DNA from: Octopus vulgaris
Taxonomy: Eukaryota
Assembly (NCBI GenBank): GCA_951406725.2
Contig: OX597823.1
Span: 65,348,001 to 65,412,000 of the forward strand
DNA: 64,000 nucleotides
Reading direction: 5' to 3'
Shown here: positions 42,556 to 56,736 of the stretch, in pieces
How the letters are laid out: every line of letters begins with the position of its first letter
How positions within the stretch are numbered: the stretch's first letter is position 1
Made by a program: the position numbers and the translations under genes
The notes under the pieces: model-generated
The model's database searches: none
What the model was told of the DNA's origin: nothing
Seen by the model: only the letters and a program-made list of their open reading frames with translations

Positions 42556-42633
<78 letters not shown>

Positions 42634-42804
42634 TACATACATATGAGAGAAAGTGTGTGTGAGTGAGAGAGATGCGCACACCTTTAGGAACACACATAGA
42701 CTGTTATTCTCTGCGTGTTGGTTTGTCTGACGCTCTGCCTGTCTCTAGGACTCTGTTTCCTTCTCTATCTCCCTGTCTCTCCCCTCTCCCTTTCTTTCTT
42801 TCTT

Positions 42805-42843
<39 letters not shown>

Positions 42844-45249
42844 ACGGCCTGTTTCACCGAAGTATTCATATTCAATTATCATGTTCACGTGTTCTTTCCT
42901 AGTTAAAAAAAAAAAAAATGGCCTGGAAGAGAATCTGCTAATTATTGTAACTGATAGATATTTTATTGTCTATGAAATCAAAGACAGAGTATTCAACTAT
43001 TCTTCAGGTTAATACCCTCAGCCACTGCTATTCAGTTTGTAAACATTGCACTTCACCCCGTGGGATTTTGTGAGATTGGGCAAAGTCCACTCTATTGTAA
43101 CAATTCGGACTAGGTACCTATTTTGAGAATAATTTTGAACTTTCTTCTGACGAATCTCCTAAGTTCTGGTTAATTCGTTAATATATTTTCATCATGTAAA
43201 GACTGTTGATATATCTGTGACTTGTAGGCAGCTAATCATGCCGAGATCAACTTCGAGTATTTATCTAAATACGTGGATAATCATAAGTGTTGTAGCGTAT
43301 CTGCATGGCTTTTTGCATTCTGAGATGCTGTGTGGTCGACATAATTCGCTATCACGTTCAAAATCACGATCTGATTTTTGGAGCTGTTTTTGCTTGATTT
43401 TATTTTATTGCAATTATTCAAGTCAACGTTCCTGTATGAGTGTTGTTTCATCTCTTTCTTCGGCCAGTCACAGAGACCACCGAAGAAATAACGGGTTATG
43501 GGCGCAGTCCTTTAATACTGATTAAATGTTAAGAAGTCTAAAGTTCATTTAATTATTTTTAACAACAGCAGATAGAAAATTAGAAAACAGGCAAAAGATA
43601 AAAAACGAGTACCTCATGTTCAATGAAATGCATATAAATATGGTATAATAATGGTAATCAAGTAAGAGTCTTCATTGCAATTATCATGTAATGAGGAAAG
43701 GAACTATAATTCATAAACTAATTCTTATTCAACGTGAAATAATCTTAATTTTCAAGAAATGTCATTATATTAAGTAATAGCGATCCGTGGTACAAATCAT
43801 ATTACATCTCCGAACGATCATTGAGGTCTATGAATGTAACATTATATAACAACTATTGTACGTTTTTCATCGAATCCTATATTCCTTTCTCTTTCTAACG
43901 GAGGACCAATGTCTGAGACGATCAGGGTAGAGTAAGCAATCTGCGAGATAGTATTTCTCGAATTAAGCTCTTATTAGATTAATTTCACATCACTTGTTAC
44001 ATTAATCATCCATAGAATTGCAGGAACGTCACAAAGAACATATTTATTGTCTGAAAAAATAGCGAAAAAATATTCTTCCTTCTCCCCCTTGATTTATGCA
44101 AGTTCAACTGACTCCGATTTCTTATTTCATACTTTTGCTTTTCAAACAATCTTCCACACACAAATGCCAAAACATTGCAGCATTCTAAGGAATGCTGGGG
44201 CCTAAATGTAAAATAATGCTGAAGGATATAATTAAGGCTTTAGTTTGAAGCAGTTTCCGGTTGCATTCTCTGGATCACTCGATAACGTGATCTCGTAATT
44301 ACAATTAAGCAAGGAACTAGTTAATTATTCAGTGCTTCCGTTCATGCAAGAAGTGACTGTTAACAAAGCAAGGTTAGTGTGACCCGAAAGTACTACTTAG
44401 AAATACACTATTATTAAAGAGGTGAGAAATAAGAATGGAAAATAAAGAAAATTAATTTCTTGCAATGACGCAATGACGCAATGACGACTACACATTCTGC
44501 TTGAGGGAGCATTCAAGTAAATGGCTACCAATACTTGACTAGTGCTTAATTCTTCAATGAAAGGCGTAGAGAATTATTGTGTGATTTGAACTTAGAGTGT
44601 AAAATAGCGTAATTAAGTATTACAAATAACATACCTGACATTATGTTGAGTGTCCCACTTCAACATGTGAGAAATTTAAATATATTAATATAGCACAAGG
44701 TCAGTATGAGTAAAATGCAAATCATAGAGCGATGAGGAATAGAACAGCTGACCTCATCTCTTCACAGATGCTTCTTATTAGTACATTTGCACGTTGTCAT
44801 GTTGAAGTTTAGTGTTTCTATTTCTCTGTTAAATACCAAAGTAATACGCTATTATCACACGTCATTGGCGTATTTGCTTGTCGTATTCTTGTTCATAGTG
44901 TGCAATACCAGATCGTTTCTGATGAAGCAACCACTGGTGTCTAGAAAGTTAAGCAAAAGGTTAGAAGCGAACCAAAGTACCAAATGGTCCGTATGAAGTC
45001 CGATTTATTTTCGCTAATGAACGTATTGAACATACTGGCATGCAGTCATTAATTGAATGCAATACATTGCTGGGGCTGGTCATTATATATTCTCTCTACT
45101 AAATAGTCTTGTTTCAGGTTTCTGCTTTTGCTATTGATATGGTAGATGTCCTGGTGAGATCTGAAGAGGTAGTTCTGTACTCGACATTATTCAGCCCATA
45201 ACCTTCGCGTCATTATATTTCAAGCGGCGTGCCTACGATTCTGTTATCC

Positions 45250-45322
<73 letters not shown>

Positions 45323-45660
45323 CTTTTAATAGACAGTAACTTTATAAATTGGCGAATACATTGTGTTTACTTATAACTATTTGTGTGAACAAGGATTAAA
45401 TGATCACAGCAGCAGCAACTAAAGTTGGTTAACTCACTGTGACTATAACAGTTGCTGATCTAATTCAGATGTTTAGAAGAAAGTGAAATCAAAATACGAT
45501 CTTCACTTTCTCTCAGTATGGCCATATTTTTTTCTATTCAAATTTTATTCCAATATTGTAGCCCGAAGAAATACGAGGCTATTACGGTGAGAAATTGGAT
45601 TATTACCTTAATTGACGTTGGTATAGTTGAGAAATTGGATTATTACTTCTATGTTCTGAT

Positions 45661-45695
45661 ATGTATGTATGTATGCATGCATGCATGCATGTATG

Positions 45696-45729
<34 letters not shown>

Positions 45730-45953
45730 TGTATGTATGTATGTATGTATGTATGTATGTATGCATGTATGTATGCACGTATGTTTATATGTTTGCATGT
45801 ATGTATGTGTGTATGTATGTACGTGTGTGTAAGTATGTATGTATGCATGTGTGTAGGTTTGCATGTATGCATGCTTGTATGTGTGTATGGGTGAATGTAT
45901 GTATATATGTATATATGTGTGTATGCATGCATGTATGTATGTATGTATGTATG
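45661..45953. repeat. (ATGT)n-type microsatellite
   Basis: Direct reading. Confidence 0.9.
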
Positions 45954-46216
45954 TTCCCGATCTGTTTTTCATTTAGAGGTCCGTTGTTTTAATATTTCGA
46001 ATGCTTCAAATAACTCGAGATCAAAACGAACATGTATTCAGTTTTCCGTATATATAGGATTAGAAAAAAAGTTTCCACTAATAATATATATGTGTATGTG
46101 TGTATTTGTGTGTGTGTGTGTGCATTTGTATGCATACACATATGCACACACTAGAACCAGAGCTGCACAGGCGAATGTTGATTAAAATTACATGTATAGC
46201 ATGCATATATGCATAC

Positions 46217-46271
<55 letters not shown>

Positions 46272-46370
46272 ATCAATATAGGGTGGCAAAAAAATTTTGT
46301 AGAATTCTTTTGCCACCAGCGGCCTAGTAGGAAAAAATTAAAATAGTCATAGACCATTTTTAAGTTCAAC

Positions 46371-46723
46371 ATCAACAATAAAGGAACGGCCATAATAGGC
46401 CATTCACCCACTAGAAATAACAGCCAAAGCTTCAACCGCAAATAAAAGTTAATTCAGTAAACCAGGAGAAAATTTAAAAACATTTACCCTGTAATTTCTT
46501 ATACGATATACCGTTTCATCTGCTGATTAATTTAATTTAATTAATTTAATCAGGTTAGTTTACCATTAATCAGCAGATGAAACGGTATATCGTATAAGAA
46601 ATTACAGGGTAAATGTTTTTAAATTTTCTCCTGGTTTACTGAATTAACTTTTATTTGCGGTTGAAGCTTTGGCTGTTATTTCTAGTGGGTGAATGGCCTA
46701 TTATGGCCGTTCCTTTATTGTTG

Positions 46724-46725
<2 letters not shown>
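46371..46725. repeat. Perfect inverted repeat: 161-bp arms, 33-bp spacer
   Basis: 46371-46531 is the exact reverse complement of 46565-46725 by base-by-base reading. Confidence 0.97.
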
Positions 46726-46765
<40 letters not shown>

Positions 46766-47112
46766 ATGTTGATTGTGTCAAAACTTCTATATTGCTAGAA
46801 ATAAGAGGTAAATTGCACCTAAAGTTTCCCCACAACAATAACAGTAGTAATTATAACCAATAACCTCCCCTTATTTATCTACTTGTGAAGTCATTCACTC
46901 ATAAATATTATCACACACAACGTGGACAAAAATTTCATCTTCAGAAAATGTATATATAAGTAAAGCATAATATCACGAATAGCGAAAGCGAAACCGGTCG
47001 ATATATTAAAAATTATATTAAAACTATGTAAAGTGTGTGTATTTTCCTTATTTTCTTATATATTATATATATTTATATATATATATATTTTAATTTCTTA
47101 TATATGCATATA

Positions 47113-47266
47113 CGCAGGAGTGGCTGTGTGGTAAGTAGCTTGCCCTACCAAGCAAATGGTAACGGGTTCAGTCTCATTGTGTGGCACCTTCGGCGAGTGT
47201 GGCACCTCAGGCCGACCAAAGTCTTCTGAGTGAATTTGGTACACGGAAACTGAAAGAAGGCCGTCG

Positions 47267-47322
<56 letters not shown>

Positions 47323-47522
47323 CTTGTATGTCTGTGTTTGTCCCCCCACATCGCTTGACAACCGATGCTTGTGTGCTTACATCCCCGTAAAAGGGGAAAA
47401 GAGACCGATAGAATAAGTACTAGGCTTACAAAGAATAAGTCCTGGGGTCAATTTTCTCGACTAAAGGCGGTGCTCCAGCATGACCGCAGTCAAATGACTG
47501 AACAAGTATAAGAGTAAAAGAG

Positions 47523-47525
<3 letters not shown>
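47113..47525 (+). mobile_element. Near full-length SINE (OR/OK-type)
   Basis: A-box-like TGGCTGTGTGGT, B-box-like GGTTCAGTCTC, body GGCCGACCAAAG..GGAAACTGAAAGAAG, internal microsatellite, tail GTGCTCCAGCATGACCGCAGTCAAATGACTGAAC. Confidence 0.85.
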
Positions 47526-47587
<62 letters not shown>

Positions 47588-49387
47588 AGTTTGTATATAT
47601 GAAAATGCATAAACACATGCGTAATTTCGGGATGCAATTTTAATAATACAGTTTTAAATGCAAATTGTGCCTCTATTATATCCTCATTTGAGTTTTTATT
47701 TTTGTATTTAATAATCCAATTTTAATGTAAATGTATTCAAGGATTGTACAAACTCTATCCTGAATGACATAATAATAACGCACACACGTATGCATACCTA
47801 CCTACCTTCCTACCTACCTCCCTACCTTCCTACACACACACACACACTCGCGCCCGCACATATGTATGTGTATGCATATGCGTGTGTTTGTGTATGTTTA
47901 TGTGTGTGTCTATTCTCATAAATACTCACTCCAAAATAATCTCTCATACTGGTACAGGTGCATGTGCTCTGAAGCAAACACGCCCAGTCTATAATTAAAA
48001 ACAAACAAATCGCAAACCAAGGTATGATAGATAAGTTTTTTCCTTCTCTAATTCTAAAATTATTGTCTGTATCTCATTATATTTTGCATCACTCACAAAC
48101 CCATCTCAATTATCCCACATATGAGCATTTATTCAGGATTCCCCTTTTGATATCCACACACACACAGAAAGACACACACACACACACGCACAAACAAACA
48201 CACTGACACACACGCAAACACTCACACATACATACATACATCCATCCATCCATACATACATACATATATACATGCATGCATTCATATATACATACATACA
48301 TACATTCATCAAACATGCATACAAACATACATACGTACATAGATACGTAGATATATATATATATATATATATGTATATACGTACATCCATGCATACATAA
48401 ATCCATACATACATACATGTGCGTGTGGTTTGCCTATTCCTTAATAAGATCCCATTTTCATTAACATTGTTATTATCTATTAAAATGTAATATATAATTT
48501 CGTTGACACAAGCTGCATATAATTTCCGATTTAAACAGCAAAATCATAAACGAAAGCATTCAAAGACGTTTTATATAATAGAACTAAAATTACATTTAAA
48601 AAAATAGCTATTTCTCAAAATAGCACATCGTAATTATTCACATCTGTAATTACATTTGGGCAGTTATTTCAATATGGGTTTCCAATTTAACGCTTATTAA
48701 TCCAGAAGGGATCATGTGGGATATCAAGGAATGTTATAATACAACAAGGAGAACTGACGTAAAAGTGGAATATGATATTCATCCGTAGGCGGTAGGAAAG
48801 CGAAAGCACACAAAAGAGACATAAACAAACTAATTAGGAGCAATTTGTAATTTAAATTTAATGCTAAGTAGATATAACCAAAATAATCTAATAGCACAGA
48901 GCGCACGCACACGCACACACCCTTACGCACACGCATGCACACTCTCACTCATGTATTCTGTTATATATATTGGGCGCACCTACACTGGGGCATTACCTTA
49001 AAATGTGAATGTGTTCGAATAAATTGACCCAAGTACCTAAGTTTTTTTTAAAGCCTGGTACATATTCGATCGAGTCGCTAGATGACGGGGTCATAAGCAA
49101 GTTAGCACTGAATGAATATACGGTCATTTCAAATACGCATACCGTCATTTCAAAATGTAACCACATGTGAATCGTTGGCGATTTTTTTTTCCTCCATCTT
49201 CCTTTTCTATTGAATTTTACTCAGTTTCTGAAGAAGAGCTTCGCTCGAAACGTGATCCCACCTTTCTTTCCTTCCCTGGGTGTCTGCTAATACTTTACAT
49301 GTACCACGTACTCGTGTTTTTGCTTTTTGGTGCGTTTGTTCATCGTTTGTTTGGAGAGGGGATTTGCTATATACATACATACATACA

Positions 49388-49463
<76 letters not shown>

Positions 49464-49738
49464 AATTAATAAAAAACAGCTAGTAATGGAGAATTATCTT
49501 CGTCAACTAAACGTGATTAACGGTTTCAAGACACCTACATTGCTAGAAATAAGAGCTTAAATGCTCCAATGCTGTTACGAAGTACATTACATATATTCTA
49601 ATAAGAGCTGCAATCGACCCGAACTCTGAACCGAGAATTCCTTAGACTGACCCGTCACTTTCAGCAATTTATACTTTATCTTTTGTTTGGTGTGTGTGTG
49701 TGTACGTGTATACACATACTCACGAACACGCACAATCG

Positions 49739-49816
<78 letters not shown>

Positions 49817-49825
49817 AACACATAT

Positions 49826-49925
49826 GCGACAGGCTTCTTTCAGTTTTCGTTTACAAATTCACTCACAGGTGTTTGATTGGCCCCGGGGCTAAAGACATCT
49901 GCCTAAGGTACCGCTCAGTGCGACT
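49826..49925 (-). mobile_element. SINE fragment
   Basis: CGACAGGCTTCTTTCAGTTTTCGTTTACAAATTCACTCACAGG is the rc of the SINE body. Confidence 0.65.
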
Positions 49926-50139
49926 AAGCTTTATTCAGCGGAAGAAAGAAAACGTTATCACACATTTTAATTAACTACGAACTTTTCAATAAATCGCGGA
50001 ATTGTTATCTCAGTTAATATTACTGAATCCTTAAAACAAAAATTATATCATGAATTTAAAAACTAAGCATGTCCGTGAGATATTAAAAGGAAATTCCGCT
50101 GGTCATCTCATTACTATCAATTCCAATGCAGTACAGTGT

Positions 50140-51200
50140 AGGTAGGTAGACAGAGTCTAAAATAAAATGAGCAGGAAGGGCTTGGAAGCTCATAGAGTAA
50201 CAGTATTAGGTAGTCATTCCATCTAAAAGGTACATTTGTAAAGGAAATATGAACACTCTATGTAGTATAAATCCTGAGATATGTTGTATAATGACATTTA
50301 GGTCATACCACTAGCTTATTATAGACCAAAATACATAGTGTATAATATGGCGAGATAAGGGTTCTTATTTCTTGTGTAACAATTGCAAGAATATTCTTAA
50401 AATACCATTAATCGGGGAGGATGTGAAGCATGAAAATGTATAAAAGAAGTGAGAGTAGGAAGTGGAAGTGAAGGGAGATAGATAGATAGAGAAAAGGAAA
50501 AACCCATATAGGAAAAGGACTATAAAAGATAAAAAAATATGGTCGTACGGCGAAAGAAGTTATTCACGTGCATCATGGAAATTATATATTAGGTCAAAAG
50601 CAACCGTCGAAATACAATAAAATTATTAATAACCAGATCACAACCTAGCTATAACAGAAATAAAATAAAACAGTGAAACAGGAAAATAATAGAGTGCAAT
50701 ATGGAATAAAATGCAGGGATATTTTCGCCAGTGGAAAGTGTATAATGTCAAGCCATTTAAGAAGGGAAGAAAAGAAGAAAAGATTATCAGTTTTGTAGGA
50801 AGTAGTTAACGACTTAGAAATTGATTAAAGGGCGATACACGTCTTTAAGTATGGAGTATGGAGGAAAATTGGTGAAGGGTTAAATAATACGGAGAACTCT
50901 AACAATAACACAAAATATGGCACATTCTATACCCTTGACTCCGTTATACCTCCTTTATTGAATGCCAATCTAACACTATTCCGCTATGACATTCCAAGTA
51001 CCTTACACACTTTGTCTTTATAACCGAGTCCATCTATGTACACGTATTGCATAGTTAGCAACAGTAATGGCATCACCGGTAGTACTCTCTTTTAATATCA
51101 CACAGACTTGCAAAATCTTTATACATATAATTTTGGTATATGCAATACAGCATAATGTTCCACTGGTTATCGACACGATCATAAGTAGTTAACACGTGTT
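50140..51200 (-). mobile_element. Very old CR1/L2-group LINE RT remnant
   Basis: Degenerate minus-strand peptides IAYTKI (xADDTK-like), VRYLGM..VLDWHS and SFTNVPFRWN appear in the expected order. The match is weak. Confidence 0.35.
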
Positions 51201-51399
51201 ATAGCGCTAAATTTTTTAGTTTCATTGTATACTTTATGCTCTGGTTCTGGATGAGCATTTCTCGGGTTTTCAGTTTGTATTAAACACTGCATACGAATAA
51301 CTTTCATCCCTATAACTGCTGTTAATCTGGATTTTGCATGGAGTGCTAGTTGAAATATTGACCCTGCTTTACTGAATCTCCGCATATATATATATACAT

Positions 51400-51596
51400 G
51401 ATAGATCGGTAGCCACTTAAAACATTTTTTTCTCTCCTTGTTTCTCTCCTTGTCTTTTTTTTTCTGTGTCCCTTTCTATAGAAGAGCGTAGGCTCGAAAC
51501 GTAAAAGGCTTTTTCAATTCCTGAGCGTTATACTAATACATGTGTTTGTTTTCTACACCACCTTTCTTCGTCTTTTGTATTTTTCGTGAACTCTCC

Positions 51597-51600
<4 letters not shown>
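51400..51600 (+). repeat. Short repeat containing a minimal hammerhead-like motif
   Basis: CTTTCTATAGAAGAGCGTAGGCTCGAAACGTAAAAG: GAAA-CGT-A with palindromic ACGT stem III, but the CUGA box is degenerate. Confidence 0.4.
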
Positions 51601-51661
<61 letters not shown>

Positions 51662-51704
51662 CACATACACACTATATATATGTTTGCCTATGTATTTATA
51701 TATA

Positions 51705-51936
51705 CAGAGTTGACCACATGTCACCCAACAACTCAAAGTTCCATAAATACTTAATATTCAATTTTATTTATTCATTCCAATTATGAATATTTAATAAATG
51801 AATGATGTGTGTTAAAATCATCATTTCATTTCCAACATTTTTCTATTTTATAGCGAAGTGTCATAAAGTATTTTCTGTGCTAATCTTGATATTAAATGGT
51901 TTTGATTTAATGTCATATGATTTTTAGTCAACCCTG
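51705..51936. mobile_element. Tc1/mariner-derived MITE
   Basis: TA-CAGAGTTGAC ... GTCAACCCTG-TA termini. Confidence 0.6.
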
Positions 51937-51946
51937 TATAGAAACA

Positions 51947-51990
<44 letters not shown>

Positions 51991-53012
51991 TGTGTGTGTG
52001 TGTGTGTGCGCGTGCGTGTCTATCTGTATACATGCATATGTATGCATACGTATAAGTGTATACGTAGATATACAAACACGGGCGCACACGCTGATATGTC
52101 ATATGTGAAACTTATATCATTGAGTTTAGAAGTCGGAAGATCGTATTACAGAGATGAATGTGCTACAACCTATTTTAAAGACGTGTGATTTTGTGGGGTT
52201 TGCTAAATATACAAACCTATGATTTGGCTTTCATTCAGGGAAATTTTAAAAACATGTTGCTTATCAAGTTGCGATTACTTAGGATAAACTTCCAATATAT
52301 TTACATATTTAAAATAAAGGTAAAAACGACGCAGATATACTTCCTCAAAATGTAAGGCTTACACATGCAGAAACATACAGAAAGTATTGCACACACGCCA
52401 TACAGTAATTAAATTTAATACATCATATCTTACTGTGATTGCTCTATGAGTAACTGTTGCTGTTAGAATAAGAGTATTGAAGATTATATTTATAGTAATT
52501 GTTTCTTACGTTGGCACAAAAGCTGAAATTAGGTGGGTGCGATATGTATTTACTTTTTCGGCCGCGGAGAGATGAAAAGCGATGTTGACTAGATTTGAAC
52601 TCAGTATGTGTATATTTAGAACAAATACCGCAAGGCATTCTATACAACACCCTAACCATTTCACCATGCTCATCGCTTCAATAAATATAAGTTTGAACTT
52701 TTGAATTCCATGCTCTCATCATCATGTTTATATTTCTGTTAAACATTTTGCTTAATACATATTTTAAAATGTATGCTATTTCAGATGCCACTTTAAGAGA
52801 AAATGAGAATATAGAAATTTGAATCAGATGAGGAAGAGACGGCGACGACGATGATGATGCAATTAATTATAATGATAATTGATGATGATTGTTTTTTCTA
52901 CTGATGGGAGGTGGGCATTGATGTAGAGGGTGGAGAATAACGGTCCATTATCTCTTCAATGAGTACCTGATATTTTCAATTGAAAGTTAATTTCATTCAC
53001 CTAATACTCATT

Positions 53013-53463
53013 TTTCTTCTACTCTTGGCACAAGGCCTGAAAATTTTAGGGGCGGGGACCAGTCGATTAGATCGCCTCTAGTACGCAACTGGTACTTAAT
53101 TTATGGACCCCGAAAGTATGAAAGGCACAGTCGAACACGGCGGATTTTGCGCTCAGAATGTAAAGACAGACGAAATACATATTTCCTTACTAACCACAAG
53201 GGGCTAAACACAGAGAGGACAAACAAGGACAAACAAACGGATTAATTCGATTATAAAGACCTCAGAGCGTAACTGGTACTTAATTTTTCGACCCCGAAAG
53301 GATGAAAGGCTAAGTTGAATTCGGCGGAATTTGAACTCAGAACGGAGCGGCAGACGAAATACCTATTTCTTTACTACCCAGAAGGGGCTAAACACAGAGA
53401 GGACAGACAAAATACGGGTAGGCATTATGCCCGGCCTGCTAACGTTTCTGCCAGGTCGCCGCC
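53013..53463 (-). mobile_element. SINE with tandemly reiterated internal units
   Basis: AACTGGTACTTAATTT..GACCCCGAAAG.ATGAAAGGC twice, AAGGGGCTAAACACAGAGAGGAC twice, head rc GGCGGCGACCTGGCAGAAACGTTAGCAGGCCGGGC, tail rc TTTCAGGCCTTGTGCC. Confidence 0.85.
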
Positions 53464-53755
53464 AATCAATACTCATTTGCCTCATTGACTGTACAAAAGG
53501 AACTTATCACTAATTTGTTTCTAAATCTTATTTTTTTTCATCGATGGATACTGATCTGAAAGTTTTAGTTGTTGCCATGAAAACAGTTTTGATATACGAG
53601 AGGTTCAACGGAAATTCCAGCTAATTACATGAAATTATTCCACGAAGAGCTTTATAATCAGTCGATAAACATCACTACATAATACATACATACACATATA
53701 AATATACACACATATATATATACACACATATATTAACATACGTACATATATATGC

Positions 53756-53795
<40 letters not shown>

Positions 53796-53840
53796 TATAC
53801 ACACGCGCACACACACACAATTATATACATTTATATATGT

Positions 53841-53897
<57 letters not shown>

Positions 53898-54069
53898 AAC
53901 GTGAAAGATAAAAGAAATATAGCTGGATTTGTGTTTTTGCGTTTGTGAAAATACTTTCTAAAACTATTTGGAAGACTTAACTAGTAATTGAAACTATACA
54001 TAGTAAAACAACGTGAGAACTTCATACAAACACAGACACACACCAACACAGGCACATACGGAAACACAG

Positions 54070-54105
<36 letters not shown>

Positions 54106-54595
54106 AGACACGCACACTCATGACTAAAACTGAGAGTGAATAAGTAAGAGTAAATAAAGAAAGTAGCGAGAAAAAGAGTTTAAAATAGAATGAAGGAAAA
54201 GAAGTTGAGAAGATATGCAGGGAGTAGTGGGAGGTGAAGAAATTCAATAGTAAGACAAAATAGAATGAAATATGGAGAGTGATAGTAAAGAAAGTGCAAA
54301 TGGATGAAAATGGCGTAGGCGTGGAAAAGTTCAATGAGAGAGGAAATGATGTGTTCGTATGTGCACGCGCGACTGCGTATGCTGTATAACGGCGTGCGGT
54401 AGGGATGATGTCCTTAGGTTCACAAGAGCGTGCCTTCTATTCTTGGGCCGGTGCTTCACATAACTCACCTGCAAATTACTGACTTTCTAACGTACTAATA
54501 TTCCATTTATAGGGAATATTGTGGTCGGTTCCCGAAGCCAGCTATACGCCATGGAAACGGAGTAGCTGGCCCTATGAATCTTAGGAGTCACGTAC

Positions 54596-54669
<74 letters not shown>

Positions 54670-55317
54670 GCGTGTGAGTGTGTGTGTGTAAGTATATGCA
54701 TACATACATGCATATATAATTACATACATATGAATATAAGTATTAAATGAAATAGAGAAATACAATTGACAAACTAACAATTTGTTTACATTTTAATATA
54801 ATATAAAGTAATATAACAAAATATAATATAATATAACAAATTTTAAAAAAATCATATATAAAGCCAACAATTTGTTTCGACTTATATAGATTAGTTTATT
54901 TATGAAATTTCATGTAAAGGACTGACAAATTGCAATTGTATTTATACGCCTTTATTCTGTCGTATTCAACTGCTGTATCAGTAAATTGGATGCTTTACAT
55001 CTCTTTGAAGCAATTGATTTTTTCCTGTATTGTTTTCATCACACACACATACACACACACACACATGTATGCATGTATATGTATGCATAAACTTATACGA
55101 ATACAGTAAGCGAGATACAGACAGTCACAGAATGACAGCGCATATTGGAGAGGAAATACATGATAATATTAAATAATACAAGGACGAAAATTGTTGCTTG
55201 TTACAAATTAAAAAACTGAAATATTAATTGTTAATGAGATAAATAAGATATATGTAAAATTGTGTCTCCAGATGCACACATATACTCGAACGCAATTCTA
55301 TATACACATATATGTAT

Positions 55318-55600
<283 letters not shown>

Positions 55601-55939
55601 TTATATACTTTGATCTGTTTTTTTGTATTGAATACGTATCGCCACCGTGGGCCACTGCATCGAACACTTTGAACATATACTTCAAACTATATATCAACTA
55701 TACATGAACTCTAAGATGTCTGACTCCGTTGTGTATTATAAATGAATTTCTTGTGTTTGACGGCATGAGTTGTCTCTTTTTATATATAACTTTTTTTGAT
55801 AAGGTTCATTTCAGGAACTGAAACATGTTATAATGTATATATAAAAATTAAAAATTGTATAATACAGCAGCATTTTCGAACTTCATTTTTTACAAATATA
55901 TATACTTATATATATATACTTATTGATCAAACTTCGTGA

Positions 55940-55983
<44 letters not shown>

Positions 55984-55986
55984 TCA

Positions 55987-56736
55987 CGAGGTTTGCTCAA
56001 TAAGTATCCAGACGGTTGCCATAGTAACGGAGCTAATGCCGCTTGGCTCAGATTGGCACTGAAATATGGTGTATACGCGCATTGAGTCTTAACTTTCTGG
56101 CTTACTTCCGCTACTTACAACAATGCTTAGAATCAAGGTGTGTAACGTGTGATTGTCGCATTGACCATGACAGAGACACCTGCTCAGATGCCTACGCAAA
56201 GTTGCAGAAAGTGTAAGCACAGGAGAGTATGAGCCACACACAAGCATATGAGAGGTTCAGACGCTTCCAAGATCACCGAAAAATGTCGATATTGACGAAC
56301 GTTCTCGGAGGTGCGCAACCACCAGAAGTGAGAAAAGCATGATAGATATGCGTGCAACTGTGAGGTAAAATCGTCGAATCAACATCCATGAGTTATCAGA
56401 TATGCAGATTAGTCACGGATTTCCTTGACTGTGTCGCGAACGATGAAAACTTTTTGAAAACTTTGCGTAGGTTTCTGAGCAGGTATCACCAGCTTTTGGT
56501 AAAAATTGATGCAGATTCTCTGCTCAGCTTTCTTTGCTATGATCAATGCGACGATCACACTCTACACACCTTCATTCTAAGCACAGCTGCAAACAGCGGA
56601 AGTGAGTTGGGAGGTTAAAACGTAGTGCGCATGCACAGCAGCACGTTCCATGTCAATCTTTCCCAAGCAGCTTTAGTCTACGTGCATTAGCTTCGTTACT
56701 AGGGCAACAGTTCGGATACCTATTGATCAAACCTCG
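55987..56736 (+). mobile_element. Internally deleted mariner relic
   Basis: TIRs CGAGGTTTGCTCAATAAGTATCC / GGATACCTATTGATCAAACCTCG, with peptide relics RFRRFQD..VDIDERS..VR*NRRINIHELS. Confidence 0.8.

Noticed and set aside
46576-46600. GAAACGGTATATCGTA as a hammerhead 3' half within the palindrome
   Set aside because: No CUGANGA box with a compatible stem II upstream on either strand.
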